Part shown: piece after piece, positions 27,608-37,870 of the stretch
Layout of the letters: every line of letters begins with the position of its first letter
How positions within the stretch are numbered: position 1 is the stretch's first letter
From: Chlamydiota bacterium
GTDB lineage: Bacteria; Chlamydiota; Chlamydiia; Chlamydiales; JABHNK01
Length of the DNA stretch: 64,000 bases
Direction: 5' to 3'
NCBI GenBank assembly: GCA_051744985.1
Contig: JBNJDP010000001.1
Location: 17,883-81,882 of the forward strand
Program-made: the position numbers and the translations under genes
Notes under the pieces: model-generated
Told to the model about the DNA's origin: nothing
Seen by the model: only the letters and a program-made list of their open reading frames with translations
Databases searched by the model: none

Positions 27608-28231
27608 ATGGTTAATCAAACAAAAGCTCCTGAGCAAGACTACAATATCATCATCACCGGACGCCATATTGATGTGACGGACTCTATGAAGGATTATGCT
27701 AAGGAGAAGATATCTAAGGTCGAACGCTTCAGCCACCATATCATCGATATTGTCGTTACTATGGATATTCAGAAGCTAGAGCATCGTATCGATGTTGTTT
27801 TAAAAGTTGATCATATTAAGATCAAGGTTCAAGCTAGCACTAATGATATGTATGCTTCTATCGATCAGGTCGCCGACAAACTTCAGAATGTGTTGCGCCG
27901 TTATAAAGATCGGATCAAAGAACACCAAGCTCGCAGCTTAACAGCAGTGGATATGAGCGTTAACGTTATCAAGTCCACTGAAGAAGATGAAGTTGAGATT
28001 ATCAATGAAAAGATCGAAGAGCAAAATAAGAAAGAGCTGGAAGAAGTGTACCACCATGAAGTGGTAAAAACCGAAAAGCGCCCCCTGAAGATGCTTACCT
28101 TGAAAGAAGCTGTTATGAAGATGGACCTTTCCCAAGATACCTTCATGATCTATCGTAGCGAGGAAGACCAGAAGCTTAAAGTTATCTATCGTCGCCAAGA
28201 TGAAGATTATGGGGTTATCGCTCCCGAATAA
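27608..28231 (+). CDS. hpf: Ribosome hibernation promoting factor, long form
   Basis: 207 aa. The N-terminal S30AE domain is IIITGRHIDVTDSMKDYAKEKISKVERF. An acidic linker follows, then the C-terminal dimerisation domain (KRPLKMLTLKEAVMKMDLSQDTFMIYR). Confidence 0.9.
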   Translation: MVNQTKAPEQDYNIIITGRHIDVTDSMKDYAKEKISKVERFSHHIIDIVVTMDIQKLEHRIDVVLKVDHIKIKVQASTNDMYASIDQVADKLQNVLRRYKDRIKEHQARSLTAVDMSVNVIKSTEEDEVEIINEKIEEQNKKELEEVYHHEVVKTEKRPLKMLTLKEAVMKMDLSQDTFMIYRSEEDQKLKVIYRRQDEDYGVIAPE

Positions 28232-28234
28232 GCA

Positions 28235-28759
28235 TTGATATATCTAATCATCGCTAGCTCTCTTGCTAGCATTATAGGATTCGTAATTATCAGCAGATGG
28301 TGGAGGCGTTTTTGCCTCCACCGTCGTTTTAAGCGTGGCGCACGAGCAGAAGCGCGGGCGGAGAAAATTTTGCGCTCCTATGGCTATCAGGTTGCGGGTG
28401 TTCAGAAATCTATTAGGATGGTGATGTATGTTAATGGGCGCAGGCTTGTCTATGATGTACGTCCCGATGCTATGGCTAAGAAGGACGGCCGCCTATTTTT
28501 AGTGGAAGTAAAGTCTGGCGCTACTGCTACGAACCCCATGTACAGCCATACCCGCCGGCAGCTTTTGGAGTATTACTCTAGCTTCCATGCCGATGGTGTT
28601 TTGCTCGTCGATGCTGACAAGCATCATGTTCATACTATCGATTTCGACGGCGCTCTTATCCCTCGTCGCCGCAGCTTCGGCCCTATTTTTATAGCTTTTT
28701 TAGTCGGAATAGGGATGGCGGCAGTATATTTTTCTATGGGGAACTTATGGCTAAAGTGA
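28235..28759 (+). CDS. Hypothetical membrane-anchored protein with a PD-(D/E)xK nuclease-like core
   Basis: 174 aa, with a TTG start in the track. It has hydrophobic N- and C-terminal segments. The centre reads GARAEARAEKILRSYGYQV ... YDVRPDAMAKKDGRLFLVEVKSG, which resembles the YraN/Hjc-type D...(D/E)xK arrangement. The fold assignment is inference. Confidence 0.5.
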   Translation: MIYLIIASSLASIIGFVIISRWWRRFCLHRRFKRGARAEARAEKILRSYGYQVAGVQKSIRMVMYVNGRRLVYDVRPDAMAKKDGRLFLVEVKSGATATNPMYSHTRRQLLEYYSSFHADGVLLVDADKHHVHTIDFDGALIPRRRSFGPIFIAFLVGIGMAAVYFSMGNLWLK

Positions 28760-29172
28760 TCTACGATATTATCAGAAAAGAATACGTCGCTGACCAGCCT
28801 GAAGAAAGGATCCGTCAGGGGATTATCAGGCTAATGATAGGAGACCTCGGATACCCTAAAGAGCTTATAGGGGTAGAAAAGGCCCTCGTATCTTTACCAC
28901 ACTTGTCAGGGGTAGGGAGTCCTTTGCCCGACCGACGTGTTGATATTATCTGTTGGAGAGGAGGAACTCTTGAACCTCTCGTAGTTATAGAGTGCAAGGC
29001 CGTCAAGATCACCCCCCAAGTTTTACGTCAGGTCGAAGGGTATAACTACTATCTACAGTCGCCTTTCATCGCGGTCGCCAACAATGATGAGATTAGGACG
29101 GGATGGCTGGGTCCTGGCGGCTATGAGTATGTCGATTTTTTGCCTTCCTATAAGGAGCTTGTCACCCAATAA
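28747..29172 (+). CDS. Type I restriction enzyme HsdR N-terminal domain-like (PD-(D/E)xK) stand-alone protein
   Basis: 141 aa. The pattern PEERIRQGIIRLMIGDLGYPKELIGVEK...RRVDIICWRGGTLEPLVVIECKAVKI...FIAVANNDE matches the HSDR_N-type family as I remember it. The gene overlaps the upstream gene by 13 nt. Confidence 0.6.
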   Translation: MAKVIYDIIRKEYVADQPEERIRQGIIRLMIGDLGYPKELIGVEKALVSLPHLSGVGSPLPDRRVDIICWRGGTLEPLVVIECKAVKITPQVLRQVEGYNYYLQSPFIAVANNDEIRTGWLGPGGYEYVDFLPSYKELVTQ

Positions 29173-29237
29173 ATCTATTGTTTATCTCGCCATTATCAGT
29201 TATCATGGTAATGAAAAATAATTATTAGGAGGTAACT

Positions 29238-29966
29238 ATGTCTTTAAATGATAGAGATTATATCCGCCACGATGGTTACCCCGCCGTAGATGTCGTCAGC
29301 AGCTTTGCTACACGCGTTTATGGTTGGATGACTATGGGTCTTTTAACTACCACCCTGGTGTGCTTGTTGCTATATGCTACAGGAGCTTATATCACTTTGC
29401 AGCCTCTATGGTGGGTAGGAGTTTTTGGAGCCTTGGGCGTAGGGCTGGCTTTCAACTTTTTGATGAAGAAACTTTCCTTTTCGGCCTTGGCGATGCTATT
29501 TATTGTCTATAGTGCTTTGGAGGGTATGTTTTTCGGAATATTTGTACCCTTATATGCTGCCGCTTACGGGGGTCAGCTGATTTGGATGACCTTTGCCACT
29601 ACGGCTTTGGTATTTTCGATAGCCCTCTTTTACGGCATCTTTACTAAGGCGGATCTTACCAGCTTGGGCAAGATCCTACAGATAGCACTTATGGGGCTGA
29701 TAGGGGTGACCTTTATCTTCTTGATTATGTCATTCTTTACTAAGCTAACAATGTTCCACCTCATTATCTCTTGGGTGGGTTTGATTATCTTCGTAGGGCT
29801 TACTGCTTACGACGCTCAGCAGATCAGGAATATGAGCTCACAGATCCAAGATAATTCCGAGATGGCAGGCAAGCTGTCATTGGTTATGGCTTTTAGGATG
29901 TATATCAACGTTATTATGATTTTCTGGTATCTTCTTCAAATACTATCGTCGGGAAGTAGAAAATAA
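29238..29966 (+). CDS. yccA: BAX inhibitor-1 / YccA family membrane protein
   Basis: 242 aa with seven hydrophobic spans and an N-terminal FATRVYGWMTMGLLTT. The C-terminal region with AYDAQQIRN is typical of the family. Confidence 0.88.
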   Translation: MSLNDRDYIRHDGYPAVDVVSSFATRVYGWMTMGLLTTTLVCLLLYATGAYITLQPLWWVGVFGALGVGLAFNFLMKKLSFSALAMLFIVYSALEGMFFGIFVPLYAAAYGGQLIWMTFATTALVFSIALFYGIFTKADLTSLGKILQIALMGLIGVTFIFLIMSFFTKLTMFHLIISWVGLIIFVGLTAYDAQQIRNMSSQIQDNSEMAGKLSLVMAFRMYINVIMIFWYLLQILSSGSRK

Positions 29967-29995
29967 AATCTAGATCGTATGCAATTATATTTTAG

Positions 29996-30020
29996 GGCCG
30001 CCGCTATGGCGGCCTTTTTT
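29996..30020 (+). terminator. Rho-independent terminator after yccA
   Basis: A GC-rich 7-bp stem, ggccgcc (29996-30002) paired with ggcggcc (30008-30014), has a 5-nt loop and is followed by tttttt (30015-30020). Confidence 0.75.
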
Positions 30021-31644
30021 AGTAGTTGAGGATGGCGCTGAGGTGGAGGTGCTCGGAATTTGGGGAGCTGCTTTCAACACTTTTAATCTGGAAGCCAAAG
30101 TCCGCCCGTACCGTTAGATATTTAAAGGAATAGCGTATGCCAGGGCCTGCCGAGGAGATAGTTTTTGCCCCCGATAGATAGGTCGTTTCATGGACTTTAT
30201 GAGCCCAGCCGTAGTCAAAGAAAGCCAAGAGTTGGCAGGTGTCGCGGCCAGGAAATAATGGGAAGGCTGGCGTGCGCAGCTCGTTACGCATTACAAGACC
30301 TTTATTGGCAGAGATTTCGAATTCTCGGAATCCACGTACGGCATTATGGCCAGCAAGGTTTAATTGCTCGCTGAGCATCAGAGTTTTATCAGTCGTTTGG
30401 GCTGTTAACTCCAGTAGCCAGCTGCATTTTTTGGGTAGGAGCGTCTGCCGCTCTAATGTTAGCATCCCATAAAGGTAGTTAGCTTTGGCTGCCGAGACAT
30501 ATTTTTGAAAATAGGGATCTTTATTATAGGGGGTCATACCGCCGGGACTCCAATATAATTCAACCTTGGCAGATGTTCCTCCCCAGCGATCACGGTAGAG
30601 AGTTTCATACCCCATAAGGAATTGGGAGATGTCAGCATCGTTGTTGATAATAACAAAATCCCCAAAAGAAAGGAGGTTGTTGGTGCGCTTAAAGTCATAG
30701 CCTACCACCAGATCATGACGTAACCTTCCGAGGTCGGGAAGGGGGATGCGATAGGAACCTCCGATACGCCAGCTTTTGCCGCTGGAGTCGAGGTCGGGGC
30801 CTATGTCGGGGTGTATTTTGGAGTAGCTCCCTACCATCGAAAGGGTGTGCTTCCAGGGTAAGGGCGCAGTGTAATTACCCGCTGTTGCCCACCATTCATG
30901 GTTATCGGGAGCCGTAATGTATTGCAGGTTAAGGTGGTGGCCGAGGTTGAAAAGGTTGCCGAAGTTTATCCCTCCAACCCAGCGGGACTCCCCGCCGACG
31001 GGGTTGTCGTTATGCTCGTAGCCGCCAAAGATGCTGAAGGGCCGGCGATCGCGGACCTTGAGGGTGATATCGGTTTCCCCTAGCTTCTGGCCAGGTTCGT
31101 AGATGATATTTACCGCCCTAAAAGGGTTGTGGTTGAGGTGGCGGAGATCGCGGCGTAAGGAGGGGATATGGACCTGCTCTCCTGGCTGGGAGGAAACCTT
31201 CGAACGATATTGATTTTCTCCAAAATACTTGTGGCCTTCGACCTTTATCTCCCCAACTTTGGCAGTGAGAACTTTAAATATTACTGAACCGTCAGTTATC
31301 TCTTGGCCGGCGGGTAGAGTGACCTTGGTGATAGGAAAACCTTGCTGCTTATAGTGCTCATAGATGGCAGCTTTGATGGCGTTAAGGTTTTTCATAGTCA
31401 TCTTATCTCCCAAGAAAGTTTTGAGGCGCTTATGGAAAAGTTTTATCTTAGGGATGTTCAAACCGATGACGACGATTCCATTAAGCTGTTGAGTGCCGTA
31501 TATCTCGATGTCGGTCTCACGAGTAGCAACGACCTGAATTTTGGTAATCGAGGGCCGCTTTTCTTCGGAAAGCTCTTCTGCAGTTATGTTCGCCGTCAGG
31601 ATTAGTAATAGAGTAATGGCAACGGTAAAGGATTTATGAAGCAT
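30019..31644 (-). CDS. ShlB/FhaC/HecB family two-partner-secretion outer-membrane transporter (TpsB)
   Basis: 541 aa with a signal peptide. The POTRA-like N-terminal part is IKVEGHKYFGENQYRSKV, PSLRRDLRHLNHNPFRAVNIIYEPG. The C-terminus is beta-barrel-like and rich in G/Y/W, ending in an aromatic residue (ILNY). Confidence 0.82.
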   Translation of the reverse strand: MLHKSFTVAITLLLILTANITAEELSEEKRPSITKIQVVATRETDIEIYGTQQLNGIVVIGLNIPKIKLFHKRLKTFLGDKMTMKNLNAIKAAIYEHYKQQGFPITKVTLPAGQEITDGSVIFKVLTAKVGEIKVEGHKYFGENQYRSKVSSQPGEQVHIPSLRRDLRHLNHNPFRAVNIIYEPGQKLGETDITLKVRDRRPFSIFGGYEHNDNPVGGESRWVGGINFGNLFNLGHHLNLQYITAPDNHEWWATAGNYTAPLPWKHTLSMVGSYSKIHPDIGPDLDSSGKSWRIGGSYRIPLPDLGRLRHDLVVGYDFKRTNNLLSFGDFVIINNDADISQFLMGYETLYRDRWGGTSAKVELYWSPGGMTPYNKDPYFQKYVSAAKANYLYGMLTLERQTLLPKKCSWLLELTAQTTDKTLMLSEQLNLAGHNAVRGFREFEISANKGLVMRNELRTPAFPLFPGRDTCQLLAFFDYGWAHKVHETTYLSGAKTISSAGPGIRYSFKYLTVRADFGFQIKSVESSSPNSEHLHLSAILNY

Positions 31645-31646
31645 GT

Positions 31647-33593
31647 TTACTGTTGACCTTGTGTTTCGTGATGGTTGAGCTTTTCAGGATATTCATCGGC
31701 TTCGACAGTATCCGTAATCTCTTCGTTGACTTCCAAGCGTATTGTTGGAATATCACCTCGAGGAGAGAGGGTATCGATAAAGTCTGAGGCTTGGGATGAA
31801 AAATGTTGGTGGTTAGTATCACTACCATCTTTAGCTGCCTTCGTCCCTTTCAAAAGAGTATCGATATTGCTGTATTCCCAAATATATCCTATCCCTCGCT
31901 TTATTCCCGACCAGTATAGAGTGTCAGAGGTGTAGCGAATTGGTTGCCCATTAGAAAAAGTGACTACTGGGCCTTCCTCGGGGTATTTAACAGTATCGGT
32001 GCCATTGGGGTTGCCATTAATGACAAAGCGGCTTACGGCAGCATTAATATTATAGGTGTTGAAAAGACCTTCCTGCTGAGGGGTATATATCTGTACGCCC
32101 TTTAAATTAGGTGATGATGAAATCTTGCCTAATGTTTCTTGACCTGCTGCTACAGTGAAAGAACCATCGGTATAAGAGCCATCACTAAATTCACCTAACA
32201 GGATGTCTATGCCTCCATTATTTCCACTATATGTGAGGGTTCCCCCAATTTCTATGGTAGGAGCTTTGAGAGTTAAAGTGTTGTCGGAATCAAAGTCTAG
32301 CGTAGTATCAGAAGGTACCGTAATATCGTGTGATGAATCATCGTCGTTAGTAACCTCTAGATTGCAGTCTATTGCTTGAACAATATTTTTCAGTGTATCA
32401 GGAGATAGCTGTGTTTTGGTTGCATGGCTAGAATCGCTTATCCAATAGTCTTTAGCGTAAAAACGCATTTTTCCTGGATGACCTTCATCATTAGATATTA
32501 AGTTAGCTTTAAGTTGCAATGAGTCTGGAACAGGAAGATTTATCTCTCCTCCGCTAGTGCTTCCGGAAACATCTAAAGTAGTGCTAGTATTCTCGAAACC
32601 TTTAATATTTATTGTTTTAGCAGCGCCGATTCCATCTTTAGCTATACCGATGTTTATCGTTCCTCCTTTCCCTTCAGAGTTTGAAACATCAACTTTGGTG
32701 GTGGGGTGATCCTCCAATTGATAGCCTATTGTGATATTATCCCCTAATATTTCGATTGTTCCTCCCTGAGCTTTAAGACAACCTCCAACTTCTGTGTTTT
32801 TTGCTCCTCCCTCGAGATATATTTTACCAGCTTTTTCAGTGATACCTGTAGCTTCAAGAGTAGCTAAAGTAGCTAGATCATTAGCTTTAAGGTAGATATT
32901 TCCTGCCGTGAAAGACCCGTCTTCAGGGAGCATAACGAATCCTGATGGTATTCCTGATGTGTTGTTTATCATAACTAAATCCTCGTTATTTTCATCTAAG
33001 AGGACTTTTTTAGCACCTACAACTTCTATTGTGCCTTGTGAGGCTGTCAGATTACCGACTCCTAAAACCTTGGGAGCTATCAGGATAATATTACTATTTT
33101 CAGAAGTTATAGAACAGTCTTTAGGAAGCTCGATTTCTTTATCATTAGTAGTTTCAAGATGAAGAAGAGTTGTATCATTCATATAATCATTAGTATTGAT
33201 ATCAAGAGTTGTAGCTATGAAGCTGCCAGTAGTTATTATTTTCCCATTTAAAACGATATTATTTTTCGGGCTGACAAGGTATAGTGTTCCGTTACTCTTC
33301 AAAGTTGCTTCATTAATAGCAAGATTAGTATCAGGAACAATATTTAGAGTCGATGAATTGGAATTTGGAAGAGAGAATTCCAGAGTTGCCTCTGATCCTT
33401 GAAGGGTAAAACTGTCCCAGGTGATAATGGCTTTATCGGTGGTTTGGGTAATGGTTTTAACATTGTCCTCCGTACTAGCCGTTGCACTACCGTAATCGAC
33501 ATTTCCTATTTCCGGGAAAGTTGTGGGAAAAGAAAAAAGGGGCCATACAGCCAAGCACAAAATAAAGATTTTTTTCACGGCAGACCTCGACAT
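31647..33593 (-). CDS. Short TpsA-type exoprotein with a filamentous-haemagglutinin N-terminal (TPS) domain
   Basis: 648 aa with a signal peptide (MSRSAVKKIFILCLAVWPLFSF). The TPS-domain pattern is AIITWDSFTLQGSEATLEFSLPNSNSSTLNIV...LKSNGTLYLVSPKNNIVLNGKIITTGSFIATTLDI. For comparison, the family consensus is A.I.W.SF.IG....F.QP.....LNRV...ANG.V.L.NPNG. The rest is T/N/G/S-rich and looks like beta-helix. The stop lies 2 nt before the tpsB start. Confidence 0.72.
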   Translation of the reverse strand: MSRSAVKKIFILCLAVWPLFSFPTTFPEIGNVDYGSATASTEDNVKTITQTTDKAIITWDSFTLQGSEATLEFSLPNSNSSTLNIVPDTNLAINEATLKSNGTLYLVSPKNNIVLNGKIITTGSFIATTLDINTNDYMNDTTLLHLETTNDKEIELPKDCSITSENSNIILIAPKVLGVGNLTASQGTIEVVGAKKVLLDENNEDLVMINNTSGIPSGFVMLPEDGSFTAGNIYLKANDLATLATLEATGITEKAGKIYLEGGAKNTEVGGCLKAQGGTIEILGDNITIGYQLEDHPTTKVDVSNSEGKGGTINIGIAKDGIGAAKTINIKGFENTSTTLDVSGSTSGGEINLPVPDSLQLKANLISNDEGHPGKMRFYAKDYWISDSSHATKTQLSPDTLKNIVQAIDCNLEVTNDDDSSHDITVPSDTTLDFDSDNTLTLKAPTIEIGGTLTYSGNNGGIDILLGEFSDGSYTDGSFTVAAGQETLGKISSSPNLKGVQIYTPQQEGLFNTYNINAAVSRFVINGNPNGTDTVKYPEEGPVVTFSNGQPIRYTSDTLYWSGIKRGIGYIWEYSNIDTLLKGTKAAKDGSDTNHQHFSSQASDFIDTLSPRGDIPTIRLEVNEEITDTVEADEYPEKLNHHETQGQQ

Positions 33594-33640
33594 AATAGTT
33601 AAGATATTTTTACTACCGCTTAAAGACTAATGTCAAGGTA

Positions 33641-34573
33641 TTAATCCATAAAGAGGGCTTGAGAGAAGCGCTGGGGGTCGAAAGGCTCTAGGTCTTCGAC
33701 GGCTTCGCCGGTGCCGATGAACTTGATAGGGATACCCAGCTTCTGCTTGATAGCTACCACGATACCCCCTTTGGCGGTGCCGTCGAGTTTGTTGAGGACT
33801 ACCCCACTCAATGGGGTAAACTTGTTGAAGGTTATAGCTTGGTCGATAGCATTTTGTCCGGTAGTAGCATCTATGACCAGCAGGGTTTCATGGGGAGCCC
33901 CCGCGTGGACTTTCTGACAGGATTTTTTTATCTTTTCAAGTTCATGCATCAGGTGGGTTTTATCATGGAGGCGACCGGCGGTGTCGATGATGATCACGTC
34001 AGCGCCGCGAGCTTTGCCGGCACTGATGGTGTCGTAAGCTACCGCTGCAGGGTCGCTCTTAGGCTGGCCCTTGACAAGTGATACTCCTAAGCGTTGCGAC
34101 CACATTTCAAGCTGCTCGATGGCTGCGGCCCTGAAGGTATCAGCAGCGCCCAGCATAACCTTTTTCTTTTGCTGTAGGAACTTTTGGGCTAGCTTGGCGA
34201 TGAAAGTCGTCTTGCCGCTGCCATTAACGCCGACGACCATGATAACTGTCGGTTCTCCTTCAGGAGCTTCGGCGAGGCTGCTGTCAGCATCCTCTTGGAG
34301 GAGCTTTTCGATCTCTTGTTCGATGATTTTGATGACCCTTTCAATGCTAAGCTTAGGGTCGTCGGTAAGGATCTTCCGGACTTTATCGACTAAGTTGACA
34401 GCATTTTCCACTCCCAGGTCGGCCTCGTAGAGGATCTCCTCTAGCTCTTCGAGGGTATCTTCATCGAGGGGCTTGCCCACCAAGCTTCGGAGGCGCTTAC
34501 CCAGAAAGGAATGCGACTTCGATAAGGCTTGCTTGACTTTGCCTGCTCCCGAGCGAAAAAAACGTAATACCAT
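33641..34573 (-). CDS. ftsY: Signal recognition particle receptor FtsY
   Basis: 310 aa. SRP GTPase motifs are present: VGVNGSGKTT, DTAGR, NKLDGTAKGG. Confidence 0.95.
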   Translation of the reverse strand: MVLRFFRSGAGKVKQALSKSHSFLGKRLRSLVGKPLDEDTLEELEEILYEADLGVENAVNLVDKVRKILTDDPKLSIERVIKIIEQEIEKLLQEDADSSLAEAPEGEPTVIMVVGVNGSGKTTFIAKLAQKFLQQKKKVMLGAADTFRAAAIEQLEMWSQRLGVSLVKGQPKSDPAAVAYDTISAGKARGADVIIIDTAGRLHDKTHLMHELEKIKKSCQKVHAGAPHETLLVIDATTGQNAIDQAITFNKFTPLSGVVLNKLDGTAKGGIVVAIKQKLGIPIKFIGTGEAVEDLEPFDPQRFSQALFMD

Positions 34574-34690
34574 CCTGACCGTCCTTCACTGTTTTGTTAG
34601 AATTGAAAAAGAAAGCTTTTAACTTGATCGAAATATTACAGTAACACACAATATCTTTATAATGAAGGCTAAACCACTCCCTTGAGGGCT

Positions 34691-35857
34691 ATGAAAGTTC
34701 ACGAATACCAGGCTAAACATCTTCTCAGCAATTACGGCATCCCAGTCGAAGATTATGGGGTTGCCTCCATTTTGCAAGAGGTGACCGAAATTATTGAGCG
34801 CCTTGAGTTGGCGGAGGCTGTTATTAAAGTCCAGATTCAAGCGGGAGGTCGTGGAAAAGCAGGAGGGGTGAAGATCGCAAGGACAGGTTCGGAAATTTTG
34901 CAGTATGCCCAGCAGCTGCTAGCGATGAAGATCGTCAATTCCCAGACCGGCCCTCAAGGTCTGGTTGCGGAGAAAGTCTTGTTGGCGCCTGTGATAGACA
35001 TAGCTCAAGAGTATTATGTAGGGGTGGTTGTCGACTCAGAATCTGCCAGGCCTACCTTGGTAATATCCCCTGAAGGCGGTATGGATATTGAAGAGCTGGC
35101 CCTCAGCTACCCCGAAAGGATTATGAAGGTGCCTTTTGCCGATGATGGTCAGCTGAAAGGTTATCAGCTGTTGAATATCGCTAATTTTATGGGGTGGAAA
35201 GATAATATAGCTCAGCAAGGTAAGGAAATAATCCAAGCCCTAGCGAGGGCTTTTGTCGAGAACGATGCGCTGATGGTTGAGATCAATCCCCTCATCCGTA
35301 CCCCTGAAGGAACACTTTGCGCTCTGGACGCTAAATTAGAAGTCGACGATAATGCCCTATATCGACAGAAGATGTTGGCAAGCTGCTATGACCCTCATCA
35401 GCAACACCCCTTGGAAGCGAGAGCTCATCAGCAAGGGCTTTCTTATGTTGCTTTAGAGGGGAATATAGGTTGTATGGTCAACGGTGCTGGTTTGGCGATG
35501 GCTACTATGGATATTCTCGCTGCTTATAAGGGGATGCCGGCAAATTTTCTCGATATCGGCGGCAATGCTTCGGTGGCAAAGGTTGCCGAAGGTTTCCGCT
35601 TGCTTTTAGCAGACCCTAAAGTAGAAGCTATCATGGTCAACATCTTCGGAGGTATCGTCGACTGCAGCATTGTATCAGAAGGTATTATCGAAGCTTTACA
35701 AGAGCGCAGCCAGAAAATGCCTCTAGTTTTAAGGCTAGCGGGAACAGGGGTTGTAAAGGCTCTTCAGCTCTTCGAAGATGCGAATATTGAGTTCTCCGCT
35801 GCTGAAAGCTTTGAAGAAGCAGCGCAAAAAGTTATCAACATTTTACCGACGAAATAA
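34691..35857 (+). CDS. sucC: Succinyl-CoA synthetase beta subunit
   Basis: ATG at 34691. Translation: [19 protein letters not shown]...[16 protein letters not shown]. The ATP-grasp and CoA-ligase domains are both present. Confidence 0.96.
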   Translation: MKVHEYQAKHLLSNYGIPVEDYGVASILQEVTEIIERLELAEAVIKVQIQAGGRGKAGGVKIARTGSEILQYAQQLLAMKIVNSQTGPQGLVAEKVLLAPVIDIAQEYYVGVVVDSESARPTLVISPEGGMDIEELALSYPERIMKVPFADDGQLKGYQLLNIANFMGWKDNIAQQGKEIIQALARAFVENDALMVEINPLIRTPEGTLCALDAKLEVDDNALYRQKMLASCYDPHQQHPLEARAHQQGLSYVALEGNIGCMVNGAGLAMATMDILAAYKGMPANFLDIGGNASVAKVAEGFRLLLADPKVEAIMVNIFGGIVDCSIVSEGIIEALQERSQKMPLVLRLAGTGVVKALQLFEDANIEFSAAESFEEAAQKVINILPTK

Positions 35858-35861
35858 TTTT

Positions 35862-36746
35862 ATGGCTATACTCATCAATAACGAAACGCGATTTATTACC
35901 CAAGGCATTACTGGCACAAGCGGCTCTTGCCATACTCAGAAGTGCATCGATTATGGAACGACAGTAGTAGGGGGAGTAACCCCCGGCAAAGGAGGCTCGC
36001 GGGCTTTGGGGTTGCCGGTTTATGATACGGTGTGGGAAGCACGCCAAGCTCTTGATTTCAACGCTTCGATGATTATGGTGCCGGCCCCTAAGGCTGCCGA
36101 AGCTATCCTCGAAGCCGAAGATGCCGGTGTGGAGTTGATAGTATGTATTACAGAGGGCATCCCTGATAAAGATATGAGGGAGGTTAGGAGAGTGATGAAC
36201 TATAGCTCCACTTCCCGGCTGATAGGCCCTAACTGCCCAGGATTGATAACCCCTGGCGAGGCCAAGATCGGAATTATCCCAGGAGATATTTGCCGGCCGG
36301 GGTCGGTGGGGATAGTCTCCCGCTCAGGAACATTGACCTATGAAGCACTATGGCAGCTTTCCCAGATCGGATTAGGGCAATCGACATGTGTGGGTATCGG
36401 CGGCGATGCTTTGCGAGGGACAGATTTTGTCGACATCTTGGAAATGTTTGACAATGACCCTCAAACCGAAGCTATCCTCATGATCGGGGAGATCGGTGGC
36501 GATGCCGAAGAACGTGCTGCTAGCTGGTTTTCTGCTAAGGGCACTAAACCTCTGGCAGCCTATATTGCAGGTTTAGCAGCGCCTTCCGGCAGAAGAATGG
36601 GTCACGCCGGGGCGATAGTCTCTCAGGGGCAGGGAACGGCTGAAAGTAAGATTGAGGCCTTGCGCGAAGCAGGTGCCGTAGTGGCTGACAACCCTGCGAA
36701 TATGGGAAAGGCTGTTCTCCAAGGGTTGAAAGGGGGGCTTTTATGA
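35862..36746 (+). CDS. sucD: Succinyl-CoA synthetase alpha subunit
   Basis: ATG at 35862. Translation: [26 protein letters not shown]..., with [10 protein letters not shown] and the phosphohistidine loop MGHAGAIV. Confidence 0.96.
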   Translation: MAILINNETRFITQGITGTSGSCHTQKCIDYGTTVVGGVTPGKGGSRALGLPVYDTVWEARQALDFNASMIMVPAPKAAEAILEAEDAGVELIVCITEGIPDKDMREVRRVMNYSSTSRLIGPNCPGLITPGEAKIGIIPGDICRPGSVGIVSRSGTLTYEALWQLSQIGLGQSTCVGIGGDALRGTDFVDILEMFDNDPQTEAILMIGEIGGDAEERAASWFSAKGTKPLAAYIAGLAAPSGRRMGHAGAIVSQGQGTAESKIEALREAGAVVADNPANMGKAVLQGLKGGLL

Positions 36747-37846
36747 AGATTCCTATCAAAATACATCCGGCATTTTGGATTATGGCCCTTTTGATTTCTT
36801 GGGATTTTGCGGGTAACATCCAGCTAGCATTAGTCTATACAGGTGTGATCTTTGTATCTTTGTTGGCCCACGAATTAGGGCATGCTGTGGTAGCTAAAAC
36901 TTTTGGTCAGCAGGTCGCTATAGAATTTCAGCTCCTCTGGGGACAAACCCACCATCGAGGGGGGCAACTACGACCTTGGCAGCAGTTTCTAGTGACGGCT
37001 TGTGGGCCTATAGCAAACTTAGGGATAATAATTATTATGTCCTTTTTAGCACCATTAGTGCCGTCAGGAGCCGTTTTGGTTAATGCAGCAATTTCTTTTG
37101 CATATTATACCAATATTTTATGGCTTGCCATCAACCTTTTGCCGATCTTGCCTCTCGATGGAGGTAAACTTTTGAGCATCTTATTGGAAAAAGTAATGGG
37201 CCTTAGTGGATTGAAGATTGCCCGCTTTCTGGGGATGGCTTTGGGGCTTCTGTTAGGAGTGTATCTTTTTGTCCATAGTAATTGGCTGGCGGGGGCGGTA
37301 TTTTTGATGTTCGCCTATGAAAATTATAGAGCTTATCAACAAGCTTTGTCTATGGTAGACAGTGATCGTAATCTTAGCAATAGAGAGCTTCTGGAGAAAG
37401 GGCTGGATTTGATGCACCAGCAGTGTTTTACGCAGGCGGGAGAAATTTTTGCTGAGGTTCGTGGGTTGACGAAAAAAGGTGCTCTTTATTCTAAGGCTAC
37501 AGAAAATTATGCTACCATCATGCATTGCCATGGTGATGATAGCCAAGCTTATAAGATGCTTAAAGAGATCGATAAGGCGCTTTCTCCTGCAGGTAAGCAC
37601 CTCTTACAGCAGTTAGCATATAACCATGAAGATTATATGGAAGCCATAAAGGTTGGTGATGATTTTTTTAGGAGCTATGCCAATGGTCAGACGGCCTTTC
37701 GTAATGCGCAGGCCCATGCTCAGCTTGGCAATAATGATAAAGCTCTTTATTGGTTGAAAAGCGCTCAGCGCTATGGACTGCCCGACTTTAAAAATAAAAT
37801 CCAGACCCCCGAATTCGATAAACTCAACCTTCAGCACTTGGGTTAA
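36743..37846 (+). CDS. M50 (site-2 protease) family metallopeptidase with a C-terminal TPR-like region
   Basis: 367 aa. It has an HExxH motif in [13 protein letters not shown] and a second motif, [14 protein letters not shown]. The ATGA start/stop overlap with sucD suggests translational coupling. Confidence 0.85.
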   Translation: MKIPIKIHPAFWIMALLISWDFAGNIQLALVYTGVIFVSLLAHELGHAVVAKTFGQQVAIEFQLLWGQTHHRGGQLRPWQQFLVTACGPIANLGIIIIMSFLAPLVPSGAVLVNAAISFAYYTNILWLAINLLPILPLDGGKLLSILLEKVMGLSGLKIARFLGMALGLLLGVYLFVHSNWLAGAVFLMFAYENYRAYQQALSMVDSDRNLSNRELLEKGLDLMHQQCFTQAGEIFAEVRGLTKKGALYSKATENYATIMHCHGDDSQAYKMLKEIDKALSPAGKHLLQQLAYNHEDYMEAIKVGDDFFRSYANGQTAFRNAQAHAQLGNNDKALYWLKSAQRYGLPDFKNKIQTPEFDKLNLQHLG

Positions 37847-37870
37847 ACTTTCTATATCAATAGAGGTAAA

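Noticed and set aside
31647-33593. CdiA-type contact-dependent inhibition toxin
   Set aside because: The protein is only 648 aa. I saw no VENN-like demarcation motif and no small immunity ORF downstream. The next gene is tpsB itself.
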